Under the pieces are notes generated by a model. That model did not search any database and was not told the DNA's origin. It saw only the letters and a program-made list of their open reading frames with translations. A program made the translations under genes and the position numbers. Positions 9,220 through 18,684 of a stretch of 64,000 nt of DNA are shown one piece after another; the first letter of the stretch is position 1, and the number at the start of each line of letters is the position of its first letter. The DNA is from Escherichia phage vB_vPM_PD114, in sequence record MH675927.1. One strand, written 5' to 3'.

Positions 9220-9630
9220 ATGTTCAAATGGTTAAAAGGGTTTCTAACATCTTTGGCAGAACCTAAGCAAGATGTTATTAAAAGCTCTATCACAGGAAAA
9301 CCGCTTGTTATAGTCACAGGCGGCTTTGGTCATGGGTTTTCTCTTAAACAAACAGATATAGGTTTACAGGGGTGTCTGATTAGCTTTAGAATCACTCAAT
9401 TAGGAGATAATAGACAAACAATCTTAGATCTTTTCAATGGGGAGTTTGATGATTATTTATCTAAGAGTGATAAAGAACGTCTGATCGAGCATATAAAACA
9501 CCGATATGAGCGTGGTGGCTACTATTTAGAGACAAAACGTAATTCACAAGGTGATCTTGACATAGTTAGCATAGCGTGGGATAATGAATTTAAAACTAAA
9601 CTTGGTAAACTTCTGGAGGAGTTATGGTAA
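9220..9630 (+). CDS. hypothetical protein
   Basis: track ORF; SD caggaggg. Confidence 0.6.
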   Translation: MFKWLKGFLTSLAEPKQDVIKSSITGKPLVIVTGGFGHGFSLKQTDIGLQGCLISFRITQLGDNRQTILDLFNGEFDDYLSKSDKERLIEHIKHRYERGGYYLETKRNSQGDLDIVSIAWDNEFKTKLGKLLEELW

Positions 9631-9806
9631 ATATTAAAACAGGTGATATTGTACGTCTTGCCAGCGAAGAAATGTTAATGACTGTAATGGTATCTACTTA
9701 CGATACTTGCGAAGTGGTGTGGTTTGATGTTAATGAGCAACTACAGAAAGCTACATTTGATAAACGTATGCTTCGTAAAGTTGAAGAAGTGAAGGAGGAA
9801 GAATAA
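9624..9806 (+). CDS. hypothetical protein
   Basis: track ORF; SD ggaggag. Confidence 0.55.
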   Translation: MVNIKTGDIVRLASEEMLMTVMVSTYDTCEVVWFDVNEQLQKATFDKRMLRKVEEVKEEE

Positions 9807-9807
9807 T

Positions 9808-10020
9808 ATGGGAATGTTGCTTCGTGTTTTTGTGTTTCTTATGTTCTGGATTATCGTTGGTAACGGTATTGTATTTTTGATTTTTCCTGAAGTGATGACA
9901 GGTAATGAAAATAAGGCAGTGCCTTACATTATGCTTATCGGTTACGGTATTGGTACACTTGGACTATTGTTTGCTGATTGGTTAATCAATACTTTGTTCT
10001 CTAAGTACAGGAACAACTAA
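9808..10020 (+). CDS. small membrane protein (two hydrophobic helices)
   Basis: track ORF; hydrophobic segments. Confidence 0.55.
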   Translation: MGMLLRVFVFLMFWIIVGNGIVFLIFPEVMTGNENKAVPYIMLIGYGIGTLGLLFADWLINTLFSKYRNN

Positions 10021-10021
10021 T

Positions 10022-10294
10022 ATGTCGGAAAACTTACCTAATGTTTTCTTTTGTTTTGTAGATTGTGTTACACAAGAAATTATAGTTGACGAAGAAGGTA
10101 TGTTTACTTATTTTGCATCTGAAGAAGAGGCAAAACTATCAGCTATGAAATGTATAAGCCAATTGTCAGTACCTGCTGTCAACAGGTTCGGTATTGCCCA
10201 GGTGTATAAAACAGTAACAGAGTTTACACCAGATCGAAAACTAACTTTTCTTAACGTTCACTTTGTTTGTAAGTTTAGTGAACTACGACATTAA
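10022..10294 (+). CDS. hypothetical protein
   Basis: track ORF directly after upstream stop. Confidence 0.5.
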   Translation: MSENLPNVFFCFVDCVTQEIIVDEEGMFTYFASEEEAKLSAMKCISQLSVPAVNRFGIAQVYKTVTEFTPDRKLTFLNVHFVCKFSELRH

Positions 10295-10308
10295 AATCAG
10301 GAGTAAAA

Positions 10309-10908
10309 ATGAAAGAATATTGGAGTGGTGAGAAGGGCTTGCTAAAGCCAGGAATGCTTTTGCGAGTAAAGAACATGTTGATCACACAAGATTACATAAT
10401 GCCTAATCCTGGAGCATTAGTGGAATTCCTTACTGCGCGAGATCAACCTGGGGTTGGTGAAATGTGGATTGTAACGTGGATATCTCTCGATAGTAAATTG
10501 CGCGTTGCTCCTATTGACCCAAAACACTTGGAATCTCCTTACGCCAGCATTGATTCTCGGATCATAGATTTGGCTAGAGTTTATAAGGCTAGGACTGGTG
10601 TAGAATTAGATGTAGAAATTTTAAATCAATGTATTGACTTCTTACCTGAAAAAGTGCATAATGCACAACAAGAAGATAGCGGTTTAGAAGTTATTCTTCT
10701 GAATGATGGGATGTTCTCTGGTTTGGCATCTGTAGATTTTCCAATAACATTAAGATTGTTACCTGGGGAATACGTACTGGATGAAGATACTATTGCTATA
10801 TCCTCTAAAATTTTAGAACTCATTCCAGGTGCAAGGTGTGTTGGTGATACATCTTCCTTGCTGTTTACTCTGAATGAAGAAGCCATTATAGTTAAAAAGG
10901 AGAAGTAA
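10309..10908 (+). CDS. hypothetical protein
   Basis: track ORF; SD caggag. Confidence 0.6.
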   Translation: MKEYWSGEKGLLKPGMLLRVKNMLITQDYIMPNPGALVEFLTARDQPGVGEMWIVTWISLDSKLRVAPIDPKHLESPYASIDSRIIDLARVYKARTGVELDVEILNQCIDFLPEKVHNAQQEDSGLEVILLNDGMFSGLASVDFPITLRLLPGEYVLDEDTIAISSKILELIPGARCVGDTSSLLFTLNEEAIIVKKEK

Positions 10909-11013
10909 ATGATGACGTTTATTGTTGGTGTTGTTGTTGGTTATTTTGGTCACAAGTATCAGGATGTTATCATCGCTAAAGTTGACGAAGTAATCGAAAA
11001 ATTTAAACACTAA
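10909..11013 (+). CDS. small hydrophobic peptide (34 aa)
   Basis: ATG immediately after upstream stop; hydrophobic N-terminus. Confidence 0.3.
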   Translation: MMTFIVGVVVGYFGHKYQDVIIAKVDEVIEKFKH

Positions 11014-11064
11014 TTTTCTAAAAGGCTGTACTATTGTGCAGCCTATCTTTTAAAGGAGAGTAAA

Positions 11065-11238
11065 ATGTTCAAAGATACCAATTATAAATGTGTACATTGT
11101 GGTAAATCTTTTGGTGATCACCAAGCTAAGACGTTCAATTGTCCACGAAAAGGGCGAGGTAGCTTTAAAGGTTTTAATCCATCCCACGTTTATTCTCCCA
11201 ACTACGAGAAACCAGAAGAAGAAAAATTTGTAATCTGA
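11065..11238 (+). CDS. small zinc-ribbon-like protein (57 aa)
   Basis: SD taaaggagag before ATG; CVHCG..NCPRKG Cys pairs. Confidence 0.45.
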   Translation: MFKDTNYKCVHCGKSFGDHQAKTFNCPRKGRGSFKGFNPSHVYSPNYEKPEEEKFVI

Positions 11239-11247
11239 GGAGGCAAT

Positions 11248-11535
11248 ATGGAACTAGTACAAGAAGTTTATGAAAAACTAAAAGAAGAGAATCTTGATTG
11301 GCCTGAACATGCTCTTATTGTCGTCAAAGATACTAATGGTGAAATAAAATTCTCAAGTGTAAGTGAAGACGATGTTGTTTTAAGTCCTACAGGATATTAT
11401 ATGAGAGGTGTTACGTGTCTGTTCAACACCAAAGTGTATCCTGAAGTTAAACTTAGTTACGGTGAACCTGATCATCCAGAAATCGTTACACGTAATGAAT
11501 ATGAAAATTATTATTTTGCTCGTGAAAGCAAATAA
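11248..11535 (+). CDS. hypothetical protein
   Basis: track ORF; SD gaggagg. Confidence 0.6.
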   Translation: MELVQEVYEKLKEENLDWPEHALIVVKDTNGEIKFSSVSEDDVVLSPTGYYMRGVTCLFNTKVYPEVKLSYGEPDHPEIVTRNEYENYYFARESK

Positions 11536-11543
11536 GGAAAACT

Positions 11544-11867
11544 ATGCAAAAAATAAATACTGGTTCTCGTCCTAAACAGAAGCAAACAAAAGCAAGGGTA
11601 TCTTATGTTGATAACTCTTGTTATAATTTCAAAAATGTTAAAGAAGTTATCATTGATGAAAAAGAAGGTTTGATTCACATTTCATCTGAACGTTTGAAAG
11701 GTAGTGTTACTCTTCGTGAGAATGTATCTATACCTATGAAAGTTGTGGTTACACTCTGTGTTGATAAGCCCGATGTTGTTAACTATTATGTGTTCCGTGA
11801 TAGTTGTATTTCATCACATAATAAGATTTTTAAATCTTCGCACGTTAAAACAAAACACATTGTGTAA
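11544..11867 (+). CDS. hypothetical protein
   Basis: track ORF. Confidence 0.55.
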   Translation: MQKINTGSRPKQKQTKARVSYVDNSCYNFKNVKEVIIDEKEGLIHISSERLKGSVTLRENVSIPMKVVVTLCVDKPDVVNYYVFRDSCISSHNKIFKSSHVKTKHIV

Positions 11868-11872
11868 CACAT

Positions 11873-11897
11873 AAACCCGCTTCGGCGGGTTTTCTTG
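11873..11897 (+). terminator. rho-independent terminator
   Basis: cccgcTTCGgcggg hairpin followed by TTTTCTTG. Confidence 0.6.
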
Positions 11898-11952
11898 TAT
11901 ATACGCTCTTTATCTGTTATAAACACTTTTACCATAAACAATAGGAGGTATT

Positions 11953-12174
11953 ATGTCTGTAGTTGTAGAAGGTAGTATTGGTTTCTTAGTAGATAACCCT
12001 CACCCTTTCGTGGTTAAGGTTCATATTCAAGAAAAGGTAAGCAACAATACGTGGCTGTGTTTGTTAGATAGTAAGATACACTCTTATACAGAGGTTTATC
12101 TTCACACTTGGCAAATTGGTACGATAACAGCAGAGGATGAATTGATAATTGAACTATATGAACGAGATCTATAG
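11953..12174 (+). CDS. hypothetical protein
   Basis: track ORF; SD ataggagg. Confidence 0.55.
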   Translation: MSVVVEGSIGFLVDNPHPFVVKVHIQEKVSNNTWLCLLDSKIHSYTEVYLHTWQIGTITAEDELIIELYERDL

Positions 12175-12254
12175 ATGACTTTACTAGAGAGTATCGTAGT
12201 GTTAATCATCTTTATCATTGTTGTCATAGGATATTTTACAGAAGACTAAAATAA

Positions 12255-12284
12255 AGCCCCTAGAAGCGATTCTAGGGGCTTTTG
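12255..12284 (+). terminator. rho-independent terminator ending the + strand early block
   Basis: gcccctaga-agcgat-tctaggggc hairpin then TTTTG. Confidence 0.6.
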
Positions 12285-12349
12285 TTTGCATTAGGTAGGG
12301 AAACGTATTACTAAAATAAAAAGTGCGTTAGAATGCGTTACAGGAGGTT

Positions 12350-12607
12350 TTAGGAATGCATAAAATCTTCTTCAGGGCAGGTTGAGAGATAAGAGATGCA
12401 CGTTGGGACAACAACAACATTATCTTTAAGGTTTTCAACCAAGCCTTTTGTGATTCCAGCCACTGCCCCGTTAATATCTGCTTGACGGATACCAAAACCT
12501 TGTTGTGCGGATAGATAACAAAATCCCTCACCTTTCTGTTGATTGTTATTGAAGTAATAAACGTAGTGCATCATAAAATGGTCTTTAACGATTTGTTCTG
12601 TGGTCAT
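12350..12607 (-). CDS. hypothetical protein
   Basis: track ORF; SD aggag upstream. Confidence 0.5.
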   Translation of the reverse strand: MTTEQIVKDHFMMHYVYYFNNNQQKGEGFCYLSAQQGFGIRQADINGAVAGITKGLVENLKDNVVVVPTCISYLSTCPEEDFMHS

Positions 12608-12618
12608 AATATTCTCCT

Positions 12619-12644
12619 ATAAGAAAAGGGGCTTTCGCCCCCTT
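12619..12644 (-). terminator. rho-independent terminator downstream of SIR2-like gene
   Basis: ggggc/gcccc hairpin followed by T-run on the - strand. Confidence 0.45.
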
Positions 12645-12651
12645 GGTTAAG

Positions 12652-13464
12652 TTATTTAGTCAAATGATCTTCTATCATTTTTATGAAAGCAGGATTGCTA
12701 AAAGCATCTGCGGCCTTTTCTCGATAAACAAAGACTCCTCTATCTTCGTAAAGAAGAGTTTCTTCGTAATTAATTCCTGGGTTAACAACAATCATTTTTG
12801 TACCCATACTAAGTGCAGGGAATAATTCCCAATTAAAATTGATAACTTGGTTTGAACATCCCACTACAACAACCAAATCTTGCATGGTCAAAGTATCAAA
12901 AATATGATACATATCCGTGTAAAGTGGAGCAGCTTCCCCAAAGAAAATTACATTAGGTTTTACATAATGGTAGTCATCTACATCTATAGCTTGATAACCA
13001 ACATCTTTTACAATTGTAGGTTGTCCAGCTTTTCTTTGAAAAGTAATTTCAGGAAGAAAACCGTGCACATGTAGCACTTCTTCCCTATCTACTCCTGCTC
13101 GTTCAAGGAGGTCATCCACGTTAGTAGTAATGTTAATAATTCGTTCTGGGCCATATTTTTTGAACCATTCTCCAATCTGAAGATGTGCTGGATTCGGGTC
13201 AACTTTCTCTAATTCCACGCGACGTTTATTGTAAAAGTCGTGAGTTTTACGGTAGAGGTTATATCCTTCTGCATCTAAACCACCCATAGCATCAAGAACA
13301 CCTTGTTCTTGCTGATAACCGTCACGGAAGTTGAAAATGTCACAGACCTCAAAAAGATCATAAGAAGACCATAACGCCTTCCCTGAAGAAGTATCTGTTC
13401 TAAAAGCTGAGATACCGCTATCCACAGATAGTCCTGCACCACTGACAAAAATTACTCTTCGCAT
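12652..13464 (-). CDS. SIR2-like (sirtuin fold) NAD-binding protein
   Basis: GAGLSVDSGISAFR glycine-rich NAD loop near N-terminus, VHG and VIFFGE motifs as in sirtuins; no Zn-ribbon Cys pairs; SD aagagga. Confidence 0.6.
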   Translation of the reverse strand: MRRVIFVSGAGLSVDSGISAFRTDTSSGKALWSSYDLFEVCDIFNFRDGYQQEQGVLDAMGGLDAEGYNLYRKTHDFYNKRRVELEKVDPNPAHLQIGEWFKKYGPERIINITTNVDDLLERAGVDREEVLHVHGFLPEITFQRKAGQPTIVKDVGYQAIDVDDYHYVKPNVIFFGEAAPLYTDMYHIFDTLTMQDLVVVVGCSNQVINFNWELFPALSMGTKMIVVNPGINYEETLLYEDRGVFVYREKAADAFSNPAFIKMIEDHLTK

Positions 13465-13475
13465 TCAATATCCTC

Positions 13476-14006
13476 TTAGTAATCATCATCCCAAGAAGAT
13501 GCGTCGTAACGCTCTTCCTCTTCGAAATCCCAATTAATTTCTACTCCAAAATCTAAAAACAATTTAACAATGTTTTCTGTAGAGTAGTATTTATCATAAG
13601 CGTTAGCTAGTTCCCAATACTTGTCACTCAATTTTTTATAATTAGGATCATTATAATCATGAGCTACTTTATCACCATAATCATACATCTCTTGTTCAGC
13701 TTTAAGCATAGCTTCTGGTGTAAGAAGATTAGGGAACGGACGATTTCTTTCTTTTAACTTAAAAGCAATCCAGTTTGCAACATTCGCCACTTCACCATCT
13801 CGATTATCACCTAAACAACTTGCATAATCTCCATCTTCGTAAGTGCCTAAATCCCCACTGACTTCATGTACAATAGATGAATACGATCCACACGTTTCAC
13901 AATCTGAAAAAGTGTCTACTGTTGTAATATCAATAGATAAAACTGGTAAAGCCATAGCTTCTTTCACACAAGCCTCCTCATATAATAACATATCATCAAA
14001 ACCCAT
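13476..14006 (-). CDS. hypothetical acidic protein
   Basis: track ORF trimmed to ATG after ggagg; very acidic C-terminus. Confidence 0.5.
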   Translation of the reverse strand: MGFDDMLLYEEACVKEAMALPVLSIDITTVDTFSDCETCGSYSSIVHEVSGDLGTYEDGDYASCLGDNRDGEVANVANWIAFKLKERNRPFPNLLTPEAMLKAEQEMYDYGDKVAHDYNDPNYKKLSDKYWELANAYDKYYSTENIVKLFLDFGVEINWDFEEEERYDASSWDDDY

Positions 14007-14017
14007 ATATCCTCCAG

Positions 14018-14043
14018 ACAAATAAAGCCCCTGGTTGGGGGCT
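14018..14043 (-). terminator. hairpin with T-rich tail
   Basis: agcccc/ggggct stem, T-rich downstream on - strand. Confidence 0.35.
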
Positions 14044-14061
14044 TTGGTTAAGTTTTACGGA

Positions 14062-14673
14062 TTATACCAGACTTTTAAGGTAGTTGTCAAGGGCTTCTTG
14101 ATCACCTTGACAAACATAGCAACGGAAATCTTGAGCAGAAGGTTCTTTGTCCTCCTCCCAATCCCAATAGACAGTACCTTTATAGCGTGAGCCTGGGAAC
14201 TCGAAGTATGCTACATGGGTAATATGGTGTGGGCCACCCCAAAACTCTGTAAAAGTAAATTGAGGATACGCTGCTTTAACTGTATTTTCAAACCAAGTTT
14301 TACGATCTAATGCTTCGTTTATAAAATAAGCATGGCGTTCCATTTCATCCCAATCTTTCCAAACGCATTTTTCATCCAGAGAAAAAACAAAATTTTCACT
14401 GTTAAAATCGTCTGTATCTGATTCCAAAATATCATAATCATGTGCGCTAGGTATCCACCATCCAGCTTCTAATAGTGCTTTCGCAGGTACAAAACCTTTT
14501 TCAGCGTATTGATCAAATTCTTTTACTCTACGTACAGTGCAGTATTCATCTTCACCACCAATGTCCAGTAGACAAGCGCCTTTGCGTCTTGCTGCAAGAC
14601 CATGTGTATCAAAAACTACAACACTACCTTCACCATCTTCACGATCTACTTGATATGCAACTTTTTGAGTCAT
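14062..14673 (-). CDS. hypothetical protein (Trp/acidic-rich)
   Basis: track ORF. Confidence 0.5.
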   Translation of the reverse strand: MTQKVAYQVDREDGEGSVVVFDTHGLAARRKGACLLDIGGEDEYCTVRRVKEFDQYAEKGFVPAKALLEAGWWIPSAHDYDILESDTDDFNSENFVFSLDEKCVWKDWDEMERHAYFINEALDRKTWFENTVKAAYPQFTFTEFWGGPHHITHVAYFEFPGSRYKGTVYWDWEEDKEPSAQDFRCYVCQGDQEALDNYLKSLV

Positions 14674-14796
14674 ATTACCCCCAATGTATATGGGAAATTA
14701 ACCAAAAGATAAATTCCCAAAAACACCAACCAAGAAAAGTTAATGGAATTATAAAAGCTATCAGAGCAGTCTTCCAGCCTTTCCACAATGTTTCCA

Positions 14797-15786
14797 TCAT
14801 TCCTCCATACACTTAAGAATATGTGCAATGACAGGTATAGTCCAACCATTACCTAACATCTTATATGCTTGTGTGTTACTACTCACTTTAAAGTAATCAT
14901 CTGGAACACCTTGTAAGCGGCAACACTCTTTAACCGTTAACTTTCTATAATGCACACCTTCACTCAATTTTTCAAAGGCATCCAGATATCTTCCAGGTGG
15001 AATGTAAGCTAACAGTACGTCTTTAGGCACAGTCGTGAGGCAACGAGTTTTTTCACTGTCCTGAACTTCCAAGCAATGTACCAAACGATCAGCTTTAGAT
15101 GTACTACGTTTGCCATTTTCATTAATTCTACGCCCATATATTGCTGCCGGATAAAAAGCTAGTTGTCTGCGGCTCTTTTCAAAATACTGTTCTATATTAC
15201 CACCTTTGGCATAATTTGCATCTATGCAATAAGCCTTATCCCTGTCTACAATACTATCATCTTCAATGATATCTTGCAACACTTCATTGGTAATATCCCA
15301 AGGTTTTATTTCCCAATTGCACCAGTATAAACGTTGTCTATTCTGTGCAGTGAAATCTGCGGAGTTAATGAATACGGGATCAACACCTAAGTAACTTGTG
15401 ATCACGTTTTCCCACTCCACCTTCATCTTAACGTTTTCAAGCATGAACTTAACATTAGGGTTAAACTTTTTAATATGTTCAAGAATTTCAACATATTCAA
15501 AGAACAGTTTAGATCGCGGATCTTGAAAGTTCAAACCCTTACCAGAAGAAGAGAAGCCTTGGCACGGGCTACCGCCTAACAAAATATCAATTTCTCCCCA
15601 CGGGATATCCCATTCTCTCCATTTTGTAACATCACCTAATTGAATAATATCTGGAAAATTGGCTTGGCTTTCAGCTATGGCAAATTTGTCCAATTCTGAG
15701 GCATAATACTTATCTACTTCAATACCTGCACTTTTTAGTGCAAGCATTCCTCCTGACATACCATCAAAAAGACTTAAAACTTTCAT
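14797..15786 (-). CDS. DNA cytosine-5 methyltransferase
   Basis: motif I FDGMSGG, motif IV GGSPCQGFS, motif VI ENV in canonical order. Confidence 0.8.
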   Translation of the reverse strand: MKVLSLFDGMSGGMLALKSAGIEVDKYYASELDKFAIAESQANFPDIIQLGDVTKWREWDIPWGEIDILLGGSPCQGFSSSGKGLNFQDPRSKLFFEYVEILEHIKKFNPNVKFMLENVKMKVEWENVITSYLGVDPVFINSADFTAQNRQRLYWCNWEIKPWDITNEVLQDIIEDDSIVDRDKAYCIDANYAKGGNIEQYFEKSRRQLAFYPAAIYGRRINENGKRSTSKADRLVHCLEVQDSEKTRCLTTVPKDVLLAYIPPGRYLDAFEKLSEGVHYRKLTVKECCRLQGVPDDYFKVSSNTQAYKMLGNGWTIPVIAHILKCMEE

Positions 15787-16199
15787 TATTGCTTCTTCTC
15801 CTTAACACTAGCTGGTAATTCTGCCTTAAGGCAGAAGTTTAAACGGTAAGCCTCATTTTCATTTAAAAGTACAGATTCACACGATAACCAGAACAAGAGA
15901 TCCTCAATACTAGGACTGTGAAGCCAACAGTGCAGAAGAGAATGTTGTTCTATATCAATGTAATTTAGCAACAAGCCTTGTAAGGCGTAACTAGTTCCTG
16001 TCGTTTTTGCTTTTTCAAGGATGATATTGTGTTTACTAACAACCTTCTTTCTAAGACCAAACCATTTATTAACAACAACAGTCTCTTCTTGTAGTTGTTT
16101 TCTTATTTTCTCACATTCTTTAACTACAATCTGCATCTTATCCACTGCTGATTGAAGTTGTTCTTTTGTTGGGTTTACAAAATAGTCACTATAATACAT
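15786..16199 (-). CDS. hypothetical protein
   Basis: track ORF; SD gaagaggag; TAATG overlap with methyltransferase. Confidence 0.55.
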   Translation of the reverse strand: MYYSDYFVNPTKEQLQSAVDKMQIVVKECEKIRKQLQEETVVVNKWFGLRKKVVSKHNIILEKAKTTGTSYALQGLLLNYIDIEQHSLLHCWLHSPSIEDLLFWLSCESVLLNENEAYRLNFCLKAELPASVKEKKQ

Positions 16200-16225
16200 A
16201 CTAATCTCCTCTTCTGTTTTTGTGT

Positions 16226-16254
16226 AGTTTATTCGAAAAAACTGGTGTTGTCAA
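16226..16254 (-). promoter_or_regulatory. sigma70-like promoter on - strand (TTGACA-N17-TAAACT)
   Basis: reverse complement of 16226-16254 upstream of gene starting at 16199. Confidence 0.45.
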
Positions 16255-16277
16255 CAAAAAACCCGCCGAAGCGGGTT
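16252..16277 (-). terminator. rho-independent terminator
   Basis: aacccgcCGAAgcgggtt hairpin with T-run on - strand. Confidence 0.55.
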
Positions 16278-16281
16278 TATA

Positions 16282-16539
16282 TTATTCTACAGGAATTTCT
16301 TCACCAAGAGAAACTTCCAAACGGAATGCTTTACTTTCAATACATTCACTACCTTTTAAGAAATCGAATTGCACTATAGACTGACTTAATAGAATAGATA
16401 GAATCACATCGCAATCTTCACTAGGAGCCAGATGTTTGTATTCTTCCTTCAAGGTAACATCATAAAAACATAAATCCCCTACTCCTAGTTCATCCCATCC
16501 TTCCCACGCATCTACAAAGTTAAACTCTAAACCTTTCAT
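16282..16539 (-). CDS. hypothetical acidic protein
   Basis: track ORF; SD gaggagg. Confidence 0.55.
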   Translation of the reverse strand: MKGLEFNFVDAWEGWDELGVGDLCFYDVTLKEEYKHLAPSEDCDVILSILLSQSIVQFDFLKGSECIESKAFRLEVSLGEEIPVE

Positions 16540-17060
16540 ACAACCTCCTCGTAATTGTTATTGTGTTTTACTGTCTCAACATACAATAAAGATTCCATCT
16601 GTAAGACATTACCAGAAATAATAAACCCATAAGCCATTTCAGATGTGTCTATATCGTATGCCCCATCTTCCGGTTTAGCAAAGTGTAAAACCATTTCATC
16701 TGGGTTTTCTTCATCCCATATTTTAGAAATTTTCCGAACCAGAATATTAGCTAAAATAGTTGACATTCGGGATAAAGCTGTATCCTCGTATCTTTTAAAA
16801 CCTAACCAATAGAGGTTAAGAATTTCTACTTCTTCTTGTGTTAAGTTTTTGTCTAAAGTAATCAGATCTGTAGTGCACGGCGTTTTTGTTGAACCTACTG
16901 TTACAAAACCTGGAGTGTTATGAAAAACAATCTTAACTTTATCACGTATGAAGTTTAAACCTTGTGCCTCCACTATATATTGTATTGTAGGTACAATATC
17001 GTTTGTTACATCAATAAAGCTATCTTTGATGACGCTTATATTATTTCTGGACAAGACCAT
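16536..17060 (-). CDS. hypothetical protein
   Basis: track ORF; SD agaggaga. Confidence 0.55.
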   Translation of the reverse strand: MVLSRNNISVIKDSFIDVTNDIVPTIQYIVEAQGLNFIRDKVKIVFHNTPGFVTVGSTKTPCTTDLITLDKNLTQEEVEILNLYWLGFKRYEDTALSRMSTILANILVRKISKIWDEENPDEMVLHFAKPEDGAYDIDTSEMAYGFIISGNVLQMESLLYVETVKHNNNYEEVV

Positions 17061-17619
17061 TCTCCTCTAAAATAGGTTTAATAAATTCGAAGATTTGTTT
17101 TTTACTTTTACCTCGAATATTAAAACAAGGAACATTAAACTTTTTAGCCAACATCCAAGCTGTTCTTGTACCACCCAAAGGATCTCCATTTTTATCTGTA
17201 TTTGCACAAGCTAAAAGAAAACAAGACGGTTTTGGATTCTCAAGATCTTTGCCAAGAACTTGGTGGATATTCCTTTGATGTAATTTTTTAGCACCTTGAG
17301 ATAATCTGTCCCAAGCCGGATGCAATTCTTTTGCATATTGCAAGGTTAGAGCATAGTTTACACTATCTGGTCTGTCAAGAACAATAACCTCTCCCTCTAT
17401 CTCATTACCTTTAAACGAAGGCCAAGGAATGTATATTTCTTTCTTTGTATTATTTCCACTATCATATACCCCGCATTCAAATGCGGAATCTGCACCTTCT
17501 GCTTTACCAGATCGCAAAATGAACCATGTAGATAACCATTTTGCAACAGCTACCATAGTGTCCCATTCTTCGTCTGTAATATCTCTGCTACCAACACCTG
17601 TGTAGAATAAATCGCTCAT
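17041..17619 (-). CDS. DprA/Smf-like Rossmann-fold protein
   Basis: GVGSR and SGKAEGADSAFE motifs resembling the DprA nucleotide-binding core; track ORF 17041..17724 trimmed to ATG after taaggagaaaac. Confidence 0.45.
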   Translation of the reverse strand: MSDLFYTGVGSRDITDEEWDTMVAVAKWLSTWFILRSGKAEGADSAFECGVYDSGNNTKKEIYIPWPSFKGNEIEGEVIVLDRPDSVNYALTLQYAKELHPAWDRLSQGAKKLHQRNIHQVLGKDLENPKPSCFLLACANTDKNGDPLGGTRTAWMLAKKFNVPCFNIRGKSKKQIFEFIKPILEENGLVQK

Positions 17620-17629
17620 GGTTTTCTCC

Positions 17630-17938
17630 TTAACAAGTAATACTGGGAGTAACAATTGGATTAATAGGATACGTATACCAAGGGCTTCCAATTTCCCAAG
17701 GGTTATAAGGTGTACGAGGATCAAATGGAGGCGTTACTTGAGGCTTTTTCCAAATCTCCGCTAGTTGTTTCTTCCATTTATCCCTTGCTGTATCGTTATC
17801 TTCATCCAACTGTTCGTCATTATCTTTTATTTCTGATTTTGGAAATAAAAGCTCTTTGACTAACTCAACGTCTTCCGTTTCAATAGTAGTTTCTTTCGTA
17901 ATATTCCCTACCGTCTCTTTAATTGTGACTTTATACAT
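17630..17938 (-). CDS. hypothetical protein
   Basis: track ORF; SD agaggagg. Confidence 0.55.
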   Translation of the reverse strand: MYKVTIKETVGNITKETTIETEDVELVKELLFPKSEIKDNDEQLDEDNDTARDKWKKQLAEIWKKPQVTPPFDPRTPYNPWEIGSPWYTYPINPIVTPSITC

Positions 17939-18684
17939 TAGTCCTCCTCTAAAGTAGAATAAAATTGTAACGTATTTGAATCATCAAAATATGCAAAGGT
18001 TAAATTACCATTGAACACAGACCCAGTATCCATATATACCCTATTACTGCTAATTACAGGTTTAGGAACATAAGAATGCCCGTGAAATACATAATCTACT
18101 CCTGAAACTCTAGGAAGAAGAATCCCTTCAAGTGCGCAATCTATCATATCACGATCCCACATTAAAGATTCTGTGAATCGAGAAACTTGCTCTTTATCCA
18201 TATTCAAACAAAATGGCAAAACTTCTGTCACTGGTAAATGTTCCAAAACTGAAGGATATCCACCGTGAATAAAGCCTAGTTTCATATTACGATAATTGAC
18301 AACAAGTACAACAGGTAAGTCTTCTAGCATCAAAGCAAGAGCAGTTGCACCTTCTTCTCCACACTCGTTTAGAACTGTATGGCCTCCGTTCTGAAACCAA
18401 CATTCGTAATATCGCCTATCACCTTCTAGCAACCCTTTAATCATCATATCTTCGTGATTTCCACGAATAGCATAGCGATTTAGTTTTCTGGTGAATTCAA
18501 CGGTACAACGAAAATTCTGCTTGCCGCGATCTGTAAGATCTCCTAAAGATACAACAACATCTTGATCTCGGATACCTAAAGTATTAACACCTTTCTGGTA
18601 TAAATCAAAGCAACCATGTAAATCACCAATAATAAACAGGTCTTGATCATCTTTTACACTAATTTCTTGATATACTAGCATCAA
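17938..18684 (-). CDS. Ser/Thr protein phosphatase (PPP, calcineurin-like)
   Basis: GDLHG, GDLTDRG and RGNHE metal-binding motifs in canonical order. Confidence 0.8.
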   Translation of the reverse strand: MMLVYQEISVKDDQDLFIIGDLHGCFDLYQKGVNTLGIRDQDVVVSLGDLTDRGKQNFRCTVEFTRKLNRYAIRGNHEDMMIKGLLEGDRRYYECWFQNGGHTVLNECGEEGATALALMLEDLPVVLVVNYRNMKLGFIHGGYPSVLEHLPVTEVLPFCLNMDKEQVSRFTESLMWDRDMIDCALEGILLPRVSGVDYVFHGHSYVPKPVISSNRVYMDTGSVFNGNLTFAYFDDSNTLQFYSTLEED

